From contig OZ241362.1 of assembly GCA_965200315.1 (NCBI GenBank), positions 1,600,001 through 1,664,000 on the forward strand: DNA of 64,000 nt. The letters run 5' to 3'. The notes beneath the pieces are model-generated. The model was not told the origin of the DNA, made no database searches, and worked only from the letters and a program-made list of their open reading frames with translations. The DNA is from Candidatus Latescibacterota bacterium (GTDB lineage Bacteria; Latescibacterota; UBA2968; UBA8231). Below, one piece after another: positions 55,420 to 64,000 of this stretch (positions are counted from its first letter, which is position 1; each line of letters opens with the position of its first letter). The translations under genes and the position numbers were made by a program.

Positions 55420-57450
55420 CTACTCAACCGGGACCTCGCCGCCGTGCCAAGGGAAGGCGTAGCTGGGGTCGTTTACAAACCGCCGCAGGCCGCAGGATAA
55501 GCGCACGGACGTCATCGGCGGCAAGGTCACAGTGAGGTGCTTGCCGCCGACCTGAACGGTATTGGCGGTCGCGGTCTTGACCGAACGCACGCGCGTATTG
55601 GGGTTGAGATCGTCGCTGCTGTAATCCATCCCGGTGAACTCCACTTCTGCGAAGGAATGCTCGCCAAAGGCTCCGGACTGGACGATGAGGTTCCGGCACT
55701 CGCTGTGGCTGGTATTCACTAGCTGGATGCCGCATCCATTGGCCGAGAGATCATCTACGAGGGCGGCCACATCCGGCGGCAGGCCTGGGCGGACGGCGTC
55801 GGCGTCGAAGTAGCGCACGGTCGCACGCAGTATTCCCCCGTTGTAGAGTTGACCAGGGCAGCCCAGGGTCGTCTGCACGAGGCCCTTGACGATCACCGGG
55901 TTCGGCGGCCAAGCATTGTCTTCGATGATCTGCTGGACGGTGCGGGTGTCGCGCCGCATCCCCTCGAGGAAATCGGCGACCTGTTGGTAGTCGGCCTGCA
56001 AACATTGCACCGGCCAGTCCGGGTTCTTGCCGTCGTAATACTGGAAGCGGGCGAATTCGGTGCGAGCACCGCCGCGGTCGCCGATGGGCGAGAGCTCGTT
56101 CCAGTCGGTGCCGCCGCCGTCCCGCACCCGGGTGACAAGCTCGTAGTCGCCCGGCGACATGGACTCGTGCCACAGGTTGACCAGATGAGTGGGGCCGCCG
56201 CGGATGGTGAACTCGGCGTAGCCGGTCCAGCCGTCGGGTCCGTGGCTCTTCGGCACCACCAGCTCGCCATGCTCGACCTTGCCGCGGTCGAGGAGAGCGA
56301 CGATCTGCGAGCGCAGCACTTCGAGAAAGTAGTCGTCGCCGCTGAGCAGATGGGCGCACTGGGCCCCGACGATGAGCCCGAGAAAGAGCCGGTCGGCCGC
56401 GCTCTCGCTGCTGCTCCAGCCGTGCAACCCCCCCCACCACTGGCCATCGCGGCGTTCGCCGATCTCGCCGGTGGGGCCGACGTTGTCGGGAATGACCCCA
56501 TCGTTTTGGCGGATGCGCTCTATCCAGCCGCCGACGTAGTCGAGGACCCACTTCTTGTACTTGTCGTCGCCGGTGTAGAGGTACGCGTTAGTCACCAGCG
56601 CCGTAGCGCAGAGATTGCTCGGTTCGTCGCCTTGCAGCACCATCTCGTCGAAGAGGTCGAGAATTTCCTCGCGACGAGCTGCGTCCTCGTACCACCGCGG
56701 CTCGAGCTCCTTGATCTTTGGGTAGAGGAAATGAGGCGTCAGCGGCTGGGTGCTCGGGTTGTCTTGGAGCGGGTTGCGATGGCCAAAATCGCCCAGTGAG
56801 CCGCGGTCGAGCCAGTGGCGCACCAAGTGAACGTGATCCGAGAGGCCCCCGCCTCGGTGGACAATGCCTTTGTGTTGGCGCACGGACGTCAGCGGGCCGG
56901 CACCGCCGTGGAGCGGCGAGCGGAAGACACCGTGCTTGGTATCGAAGTTGGGCGCGTTGGGATTCTCGCCGATGTACATGGCGGCGAACTTGCGGGCGCG
57001 CTCGCGGTTGGACGGATGGGTTGGGTCGGCTACGCCAAAGTCGTAGAGCATCTGATTGCCCTCGCCCATGTGGAACCAGTCGGCGTTGAAGGGGATGCTG
57101 AGGTTCCAGTACTCATTGTGCAACTGGGGCATGTACATGGGATGCCTAGACTCGTCGTCGGTCAGCTTGCGCTCTTCGCTGTAGAGCCAAGTGATTGCAT
57201 CCCATTCCCGCTTGGCAATGTGCAAGAAGCGCTCGTGGCCGCCCAAAGCGTAGAGCATGGCGCGCATGGAGCGGCTTTCGTAGGCGTCGTCCACATCGAA
57301 GAAATGGTACACTCGGCCGTCGGAGCGGGCGTAGCGCTCGGTGGCCATGTCGCCGGCGGTCTCCAAGAGGCTGAACAGGCGGCGCTGCAACAGTGCCCAC
57401 TCGGGCGGGGGGAGAATGTCGGTGCTGACGATGGTCGGTATGGCAGCCAT
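55420..57450 (-). CDS. Conserved hypothetical protein (possible alpha/alpha-barrel enzyme)
   Basis: 676-aa ORF with strong GC3 bias and AAGGTG RBS; motifs DDAYES, DWFHMGEG, IPDNVG, GQWWGG. Confidence 0.75.
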   Translation of the reverse strand: MAAIPTIVSTDILPPPEWALLQRRLFSLLETAGDMATERYARSDGRVYHFFDVDDAYESRSMRAMLYALGGHERFLHIAKREWDAITWLYSEERKLTDDESRHPMYMPQLHNEYWNLSIPFNADWFHMGEGNQMLYDFGVADPTHPSNRERARKFAAMYIGENPNAPNFDTKHGVFRSPLHGGAGPLTSVRQHKGIVHRGGGLSDHVHLVRHWLDRGSLGDFGHRNPLQDNPSTQPLTPHFLYPKIKELEPRWYEDAARREEILDLFDEMVLQGDEPSNLCATALVTNAYLYTGDDKYKKWVLDYVGGWIERIRQNDGVIPDNVGPTGEIGERRDGQWWGGLHGWSSSESAADRLFLGLIVGAQCAHLLSGDDYFLEVLRSQIVALLDRGKVEHGELVVPKSHGPDGWTGYAEFTIRGGPTHLVNLWHESMSPGDYELVTRVRDGGGTDWNELSPIGDRGGARTEFARFQYYDGKNPDWPVQCLQADYQQVADFLEGMRRDTRTVQQIIEDNAWPPNPVIVKGLVQTTLGCPGQLYNGGILRATVRYFDADAVRPGLPPDVAALVDDLSANGCGIQLVNTSHSECRNLIVQSGAFGEHSFAEVEFTGMDYSSDDLNPNTRVRSVKTATANTVQVGGKHLTVTLPPMTSVRLSCGLRRFVNDPSYAFPWHGGEVPVE

Positions 57451-57693
57451 TGCTCACCTTTCCTCTCGCAGTCGGGGTTAGGACGGCCTCGTCGCTGTCC
57501 GAGTGCCGCAGCTATTATAGGTCAAATCCCTCCCTGAAGAAAGCCGAGCGGTGCCCGCCAAACGGCTCGCGGACTCAAGCGGCGGCAAACGGGGCGGCGG
57601 AACTCAGAACAGAAATTAGGTTTTCCGGCTGGTTTTTAGTATAATTCGCTACATTTCGCTACCTGTCTAGCTCGTATTTCGCTCCAGACTGCC

Positions 57694-59325
57694 ATGCAAT
57701 CCCTCATCGCACCCATCCTCCTCGCCTTGCTCGGCTGTGCGCCCGACGAGGTGGTCCTCGCCAAGGTTGCAGATTCCGAGATAACCGAGGCCGAGTTGAA
57801 GCAATTCGTCGCCCGGTTGCCCAAACACCTGCACAGCGACGAGCAGGGCATTGCGGCGGACCGAGAACACCTCGCGTCCATGATCGACCAAGAACTGCTC
57901 CTGCTCGAGGCCAAAAGTCGGGGGCTGGACACCACCGCAGCACTAGCCCAGCAACTGGAGGATGCCGTACGGCGACGCCTGTCCACGCGCTACCAGCGCG
58001 AGGTGATCGCGCCGAAGATAGACATCGGCCCCCAAGATATCGAACGCGCCTTCCACGACATGGGCTTCAGCCGAGAGCGCCTGCTGCACCGCATCGTCGT
58101 CCGCGGAAGCCAACCGGACGCGCAGGCCGCACTCGCGCAGCTCGAGGCCGGAAGCGGGTTCACCGACCTAGCGCGAGCGCATTCTGCAAACGACAGCGGC
58201 GTGGTCGGCTGGATTGGGTTGACCCAGCTCAAGCACTTCCTGATTCCCCAGCGCGAGTTTCTCTCGCTCCCGGTCGGCAAACCAGCACTTCTTCGCCTTT
58301 CGCCCGGGGCCTACCAGATCATCCAATTCGCAGCCGACCGGGAGGCCCAGCTCCAAACCTACCAAGAGGAGATTGTCAAACTACTTCACCGGGAGCAGTG
58401 GTGGCGCCGCACCCAAGAGGAGGTCGAACTCCTCGGCCGAGCACACGGCGTCCAGTTCCATGCCGAAGGGGTGCAGGCGTTGATCCAACGCGTCGAGCAA
58501 CGCCAGAGCGAGTTGCCCGAAGAACAAGCGAGGCAACCCCTTTTCGCGTTTGCCGACGGAAGCGTTATTACAGCGGCCGACTTCTTGACCCGGCTGCGAA
58601 AACAGGGCCTTAACTCGGCCGTAAAAGACAGTGCGCGGATCGTCGCCATGGCCGAGCAAGAGCTCCTCCAGCCCCATCTGTTCAGCCGTGCAGCGCGTGA
58701 ACGCGAGTGGCACGAGGAGGAGGGCTTTATCGCTTGGCGATCCCACACCCACACCGGACTGCTGCTGGACCGTCTGATGCAGATTGAGGTGGAGGACCAC
58801 CTTTCTCTGGTGGAAGCCGATCTACAGGGCTACTACCAAGCCAACCGCGAGCGTTTCCGCACGGCCGAAACGGTCCGCATCGAGGAAGTACACGTGCCGG
58901 ACGAGGCCGCCGCCGTGCGGTTGGGCCACGAAATAGAGCGGGGCGCGGGGTTCGCCGAAATCCTTGAGCGCCCCGGCGTGGCCTCGCACGGCATCCACAA
59001 ACGGGGCGGCGAGATGATCCTCCAGCCCCACCTCGCGGGCAGTTTTCCAGAATTGGTCGAGACGGCATTCGCCGCGCAAGAGGGCGAATTAGTCGGCCCG
59101 GTTTATTTGGAGAAACCGGATAGTTATGCCATTTTCCGGGTCCTCGAGCGGCAGGAAAGTCGCATCAAATCCTTTGCAGAGGCCCGGCAGCCAGTCGAAT
59201 ACGCGCTGCGCTTACAGCAGCGAGACGACCTAATCTCCGGCTTCTTCCGGTCGCTGCGGGAGCAATACGCAGACCGCATCGTCATCTTCGCCGACCGCTT
59301 GGAGCAGCGGCACCGGGGGCCGTAA
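57694..59325 (+). CDS. Parvulin/SurA-like peptidyl-prolyl isomerase lipoprotein
   Basis: Lipobox LLGC; two rotamase-like domains (FTDLARAHS..GVVGWI; AF..EGELVGPV). Confidence 0.8.
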   Translation: MQSLIAPILLALLGCAPDEVVLAKVADSEITEAELKQFVARLPKHLHSDEQGIAADREHLASMIDQELLLLEAKSRGLDTTAALAQQLEDAVRRRLSTRYQREVIAPKIDIGPQDIERAFHDMGFSRERLLHRIVVRGSQPDAQAALAQLEAGSGFTDLARAHSANDSGVVGWIGLTQLKHFLIPQREFLSLPVGKPALLRLSPGAYQIIQFAADREAQLQTYQEEIVKLLHREQWWRRTQEEVELLGRAHGVQFHAEGVQALIQRVEQRQSELPEEQARQPLFAFADGSVITAADFLTRLRKQGLNSAVKDSARIVAMAEQELLQPHLFSRAAREREWHEEEGFIAWRSHTHTGLLLDRLMQIEVEDHLSLVEADLQGYYQANRERFRTAETVRIEEVHVPDEAAAVRLGHEIERGAGFAEILERPGVASHGIHKRGGEMILQPHLAGSFPELVETAFAAQEGELVGPVYLEKPDSYAIFRVLERQESRIKSFAEARQPVEYALRLQQRDDLISGFFRSLREQYADRIVIFADRLEQRHRGP

Positions 59326-59356
59326 CCTCGCGCAGCCAGAGCGAGGGAGCCAGTTG

Positions 59357-62020
59357 ATGAATCTGCACGGCAATACGCTCATCGTCCTAGGGCTGCTGGG
59401 CATCAGCCTTCTACCAGCGGCCGGGCAGCAGGACTACGGCTCGCAACTGGGCTGGCGCCAAGGTGGCGAGTACAGCTACGCCCCCCAAGGGCCGGGCGTG
59501 ATGCTCAACGCCATCGACCCGGCTGTCCGCAAATGGTACGTGCCCCAAGAGCTCTATCTAGACTACCGCTGGCACCAGTGGGAGTACACGAACTATGCGC
59601 GGGATCACTACCAGCGCTACATCGACACCTCGCTGGAGGGCGAATACTTCTACGACATTTACGGCAATTCTCTCCCCCGCGGCTGGTTGATCTACAACAA
59701 TTCGCAGACCACGCCAGGGCAGTTCGGCAACTCCCTGTTCAAATCCAACCGCTTCAGGGACTGGTTCTCCGGCGTGGTCGTCACCCACGACCAGAAAGGT
59801 CAATACTATTTCTCCCTGACCGTGAGCAATCAGCTATACACGACCCTGACGCCCATGGTCTTCTCCAAGCCGCGCTTCGACGGGCTGCAGTTCGACCTAG
59901 CCACGGACCGCGTCGAGGCCACGCTGCTCTATTCCCGCATAAGCAATCCCGGCGCCAGCAGCACCCTCAACCGAGAATCCTTGAGCACCAACAACACGAG
60001 CTTGATCGGGGGGCGGCTGACCGGGGAGATCGGAGATTATGCCAAGGTGGGGGTACACACCGTCAACGCCCACCAGTCCAACACGTTGCGCGACAGGACG
60101 AGCTGGAACCCCTTAGCTGGCGAGCTGACCGTGGCGCAAAACAAACCCATCGGTTTCATCCAACTCGTACTGCGCGACGACTCGCCCGAAGACGGCGAGG
60201 GAGGCGCGGCGTACTTTCCGGCCGGATCAGACATCTTCATCACCTATCAAGACGGCACCCAAGAGCGGGGCAGGGAGATCGGCTTTCTGCCGGTCGTGGA
60301 GGGCGGGATTGTCCGGCAGGGCTTCATCGCCGCGGACGGCACGGAAGAGGTCCGGCTGCTCTACGACTTCGACAGTCCCGGCTTTCTCGACCGAGCGAAA
60401 TTTACCAAGGCCGAGATCACCGAGGTAGAGCTGTGGCTGCAGATGGGCAACGACTACCAAGTCTGGGTAACCTCCGATCAGCAGACCGACTTCGACGGCC
60501 AGCCGGTCCTGCTGCTGGTGGCCCAAGCCGAAGGCAACGTCCGCGACATCACCAATCTGCACACGGTGCGGTTCCACTACGGGCTGCCCACCGCAACCCA
60601 TATCACCGGCGGCAGTATCGAGATCCGCGCCCCGTTCGGTTTCGATTTCTACGGCGAGTACGACCGCAGCTGGACCTACCGCAAATATCCCAACGCGGCC
60701 GAAGAAACTCACCACTCCTCCTCTGGCATCAGAGGCGCGGCGAGCGCACCGGCGTGGATGGTGAACGTGTCCCAGCGCCGGGCACCGTGGTTCTTTTTCG
60801 GCGAAGCCTACAGCATGGACCCGTTCTACAACACGCGCACCTTCCTCACCTCGGGCGTCGGAGAAATCGACTACGGCGATACCCGGCGCAGCGGGTTTGA
60901 ACTGGTTGAGGACAACGACGACCACGACCGCATCCCGGATACGGTGCGAGCCGATTGGCTCGAAGGCGACCGGGAGGTCTTTCCTGGCTGGGACCAGAAC
61001 AACGACTTCGTGCCTGATTTCAACCAGAACGACAATAGGATCCGCGCCAATGCCATCCCCGACTACGAGGAAGCCTTCCTGCGCTTTGGCGTGGACCGCC
61101 CCCAGTTCCTTTTCGGCGTCGATATGAACCACAACTTCTGGATCGATCAGTATGAGAACGACGAAGCCCCCGACTTCCCCTATCGCAAGGACCACGAGGG
61201 GTTCAACCTCTATGCCGGGGCCGCTATCACTCCCGCAGTAAAAGTGATAGCGGGCATCCTGCGGGAGGCGTTGATCTCAAGTGACAAGAGGAATCACAGC
61301 AACTACGCCTTGCTGACTATCGATTCGGATACGCCCGGTTTCGGGCGGCTGCGCACCTACTGGATGACCCAATGGGTCGCGGACGATATCCCCGATCCCC
61401 TGTTGCAGTGGGCCCCCGACAACTCCTTGCGCGGCGGGGAACTCATCCGAATCGAAGATCCACTCCTAGCCCAAGACACCTATATCAACCAACTCTTCGT
61501 CGGCCACTCCCTGCAAACAGGCCCTTGGCTGGTGGTCAACAAGGTCCGCCACGTCCTCTACGACCAGCGGATGTCTGACGAGCGTCGGCAGCAATTGGGC
61601 CTTTCCAACGAGGACTACTTCTTTGGTTTGGCCAACAAGGCCAGCTACCGCCGCTGGGTTGGGCCTTTCCTGCTCGAACCGCGGTGGAAGAGCGAGTACA
61701 TCCGCCAGACCCGCGGCCTGTTCGACGCTGGCCGGAAATCGATCCTCACCGAGATGGTCTCGGCCATGGCCGAGACTCCGGTCTTGAGTGCATCCAAGGT
61801 CCAGACCGGAGTCGAGTACCTATACTTCAATGACCTGGACGACGATCAGCAAGATTTCGCCGCCCTGACCGTGGCACTACAGTTCACCACTGATTCCACC
61901 TATCTCGGTTACGGCCTGCGCTCGCTGCTTGGGGCTTCTGTGGAGCACCGGGACTTCAAGCAGCGGAAGTCGCGGACGACCAATCAGTTTTTCATTACGA
62001 TCTACGCCGGTCTGGAGTAG
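59357..62020 (+). CDS. Large secreted/outer-membrane hypothetical protein with Asp-rich putative Ca-binding loops
   Basis: Signal peptide; DNDDHDRIPD, DQNNDFVPD, DMNHNFWID; C-terminal amphipathic strands ending ITIYAGLE. Confidence 0.75.
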   Translation: MNLHGNTLIVLGLLGISLLPAAGQQDYGSQLGWRQGGEYSYAPQGPGVMLNAIDPAVRKWYVPQELYLDYRWHQWEYTNYARDHYQRYIDTSLEGEYFYDIYGNSLPRGWLIYNNSQTTPGQFGNSLFKSNRFRDWFSGVVVTHDQKGQYYFSLTVSNQLYTTLTPMVFSKPRFDGLQFDLATDRVEATLLYSRISNPGASSTLNRESLSTNNTSLIGGRLTGEIGDYAKVGVHTVNAHQSNTLRDRTSWNPLAGELTVAQNKPIGFIQLVLRDDSPEDGEGGAAYFPAGSDIFITYQDGTQERGREIGFLPVVEGGIVRQGFIAADGTEEVRLLYDFDSPGFLDRAKFTKAEITEVELWLQMGNDYQVWVTSDQQTDFDGQPVLLLVAQAEGNVRDITNLHTVRFHYGLPTATHITGGSIEIRAPFGFDFYGEYDRSWTYRKYPNAAEETHHSSSGIRGAASAPAWMVNVSQRRAPWFFFGEAYSMDPFYNTRTFLTSGVGEIDYGDTRRSGFELVEDNDDHDRIPDTVRADWLEGDREVFPGWDQNNDFVPDFNQNDNRIRANAIPDYEEAFLRFGVDRPQFLFGVDMNHNFWIDQYENDEAPDFPYRKDHEGFNLYAGAAITPAVKVIAGILREALISSDKRNHSNYALLTIDSDTPGFGRLRTYWMTQWVADDIPDPLLQWAPDNSLRGGELIRIEDPLLAQDTYINQLFVGHSLQTGPWLVVNKVRHVLYDQRMSDERRQQLGLSNEDYFFGLANKASYRRWVGPFLLEPRWKSEYIRQTRGLFDAGRKSILTEMVSAMAETPVLSASKVQTGVEYLYFNDLDDDQQDFAALTVALQFTTDSTYLGYGLRSLLGASVEHRDFKQRKSRTTNQFFITIYAGLE

Positions 62021-62028
62021 AAACGCCC

Positions 62029-63996
62029 ATGCGGGACAACGCCTACCGGGCCGTCGGCGAGGCGGCCGCCATCTTTGCACTCGCTTTGTCAGCGCGGTGG
62101 CTGTACATCTACCAGACCGGCGACCATCCCCTGCGGGATATTCCCATCGGCACTGCCATCGTCCACGTCGAGCGAGCGGCTGGCGAAGCGGCCGATTTCG
62201 CGTCCCTGTACGACGCCTTTCTCCGGGTGGTCGGCCAGGCCTACCCGCTAGTCCGGGGGCTCCAAGCCGCGCTGGGGGCCGTCAACTGCGTCCTCGTCTG
62301 GTCGTTGGCGCGGGCCGCCTTCTCGCCCGGGGTAGCTGTCGCCGCCGGCCTAGCCGCTGCTGTCTACAGTCCGGCGATTTACTTTGCCGGTGAGCTCTTG
62401 CCGCCGGTCTTGGCAACGGGTCTAGTGCTGCTCAGTCTGATCGCCCTGTCGCAGGCCCTAACCAGCACCTCGCTCTTTTGGCTGCTGCCGGGCTTGCTGC
62501 TGGGGCTGGCCATGCTGGCCCAAGGGTGGGTGTCGCTGTTTGCCCTAATCACGCTCTTCTGGTTGCTGCACCGGCAAGACTGGGGCGCGGCTGGCTGGCT
62601 GGCCTTGGGGGTCGCCGCGCCGCTGCTGCCCGCCCTCCTGGGGTCGGCTTGGACGCCGGGATTTGCAGAGCTTGGGCTGGCCGAGGGCTTGGGCCGGGTC
62701 TACGCCCTCTGGCAGGGGACCGAGTTTCTGCCGGACCTCGATCCCTATTATGCACGCCAGCATTCCAGTCTGCTTGCGGCGTTGTTGTGGCAAGCCGGGC
62801 TGGCCTTTCCCTTCGGCTTGGTGGCCCCGCTGGCCCTAGTGGGCATTTTCTTTTGCCTCCGCGTCGAGCGCCAGCCGGTGGAGACCGCGCTGCTCCTGTT
62901 CGCCGGGTGTTTCACAGTGCAGGCCCTGCTCTTTTCTGCGGCCGGGGCGGGCGCACGGGCCCCGGCCGCCCCGGCCTTGCTGATCTTTGCCGTGGTCGGC
63001 GCGGGCACTCTGGGGGCCCGGCCACGCCGGCCGGCGCTAGCGGTCGGCGCGGCCGGCCTTCTCCTCGCCGTTGGCCTCAACGCGGGCGATACAGGCTCGG
63101 GCGGGCGCGGCCGCCAGCACTATTGGCTCGGCTATGGCTTTGAACAGCTCGGCCTGTGCGCCAATGCGGTCCGGGAGTACGAGCAGGCCCTTGTGCTGGA
63201 CGCCGGAAGCCTAGAGACCTACTACGCGCTGGCCGAGCACTACCGCGCCCAGAGCGACAACATCCGCGCCGGCGGCCTCTACGAGAGCCTGCTCCAGCGC
63301 TGGCCCGATCAAGACCGGGCACGCAAGGCCCTCGCCGAGGTGTACATGGCCTCTGGACGTACGCCCGAGGCAGCGAAATTGTACCGGGTGCTGGTCGACG
63401 CGGAACCCGCCTTACTGCCCGTGCTGGGCGAGGCGCTGGTCCGCAGCGGCGATGTGGAAGGAGGCATCAGGGCCTACCGCGAGGCCCTAAATGCCCTGCC
63501 GAGCAACGGCGCGGTCCGCAGCAAGCTGGCCTTGCTGTACGCGGCGACGGGCCAGCTCGCCGAGGCCGAGGCCGCCTACCGCATCCTGTTCGAGCAGGGG
63601 CATGTGGCCGAATTTGGTCCCCCGCTGGCCGAGGTGCTCATCCGCAGTCAGCGGGACGAGGATGCGGCGGCCGTGCTCGAGCGGGTCTTGCAGGTCGCGC
63701 CCGAATCGCCAGCGGCCCTAGCGCTGCGGGGCAAGCTACTGTTTGAGCAGGGCCACCACCGCCCAGCCGCTGTCCACTTTGAGCAGTTGCGTCGGCTTTG
63801 GCCGCAGGACTACCGCGTCTATTTCTTCCTAGCCAAGCTCTACGAGCACCTCGGCGAAGAGACCAAGGCCGACGACGCCCTCGCGCTCTACAGCCGCTAC
63901 CGGCGGCAGCAAGAGCGCGAGGAGGTGCAGGAGCACGTGCAGCGAGTGGGAGCCATGATGGCCGAGCAGTTGAAATCCCATCTGGAGCCGAGATAG
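62029..63996 (+). CDS. Membrane protein, GT-C (ArnT/PMT)-like N-terminus plus TPR repeats
   Basis: Multi-TM N-half (RGLQAALGA, AAVYSPAIYFAGELL), TPR C-half. Confidence 0.7.
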   Translation: MRDNAYRAVGEAAAIFALALSARWLYIYQTGDHPLRDIPIGTAIVHVERAAGEAADFASLYDAFLRVVGQAYPLVRGLQAALGAVNCVLVWSLARAAFSPGVAVAAGLAAAVYSPAIYFAGELLPPVLATGLVLLSLIALSQALTSTSLFWLLPGLLLGLAMLAQGWVSLFALITLFWLLHRQDWGAAGWLALGVAAPLLPALLGSAWTPGFAELGLAEGLGRVYALWQGTEFLPDLDPYYARQHSSLLAALLWQAGLAFPFGLVAPLALVGIFFCLRVERQPVETALLLFAGCFTVQALLFSAAGAGARAPAAPALLIFAVVGAGTLGARPRRPALAVGAAGLLLAVGLNAGDTGSGGRGRQHYWLGYGFEQLGLCANAVREYEQALVLDAGSLETYYALAEHYRAQSDNIRAGGLYESLLQRWPDQDRARKALAEVYMASGRTPEAAKLYRVLVDAEPALLPVLGEALVRSGDVEGGIRAYREALNALPSNGAVRSKLALLYAATGQLAEAEAAYRILFEQGHVAEFGPPLAEVLIRSQRDEDAAAVLERVLQVAPESPAALALRGKLLFEQGHHRPAAVHFEQLRRLWPQDYRVYFFLAKLYEHLGEETKADDALALYSRYRRQQEREEVQEHVQRVGAMMAEQLKSHLEPR

Positions 63997-64000
63997 TGCC

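Overview
A 64-kb, GC-rich chromosomal segment from a diderm bacterium. A PorU-like C25 sortase, SecDF fusion, type-2 IleRS, BamD/CpoB, many PhyH and Gfo/Idh/MocA genes and a C-terminal SWGxIK motif suggest an FCB-group lineage such as Latescibacterota or Gemmatimonadota (inference). Most of it is housekeeping or catabolic: rpmB, secDF, yggS-yggT-ileS-dksA-lspA-rluD, ddl, htpG-proA, cpoB-bamD-nadD-thrC and three tRNAs. A >1100-aa PorU-like gene missing from the ORF track runs off the left edge and has Ser where the catalytic Cys is expected. The accessory DNA holds the most interesting signals. (1) An ungapped 94-bp sigma-54 promoter module (72/94 identical) precedes two unrelated genes 17 kb apart: an 11-residue-repeat coiled-coil membrane protein and an Rpn-type PD-(D/E)XK nuclease with an intragenic start. 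(2) Integrase-less micro-insertions duplicate the 3' end of their host gene (RraA-like 133 bp, SDR about 35 bp, tRNA-His twice). One of them carries what look like two integron cassettes. (3) MITEs with IS630-like and IS5-like ends share a REP-type hairpin, and one cleanly interrupts an HNH nuclease pseudogene. All calls come from manual reading; no database searches were run.
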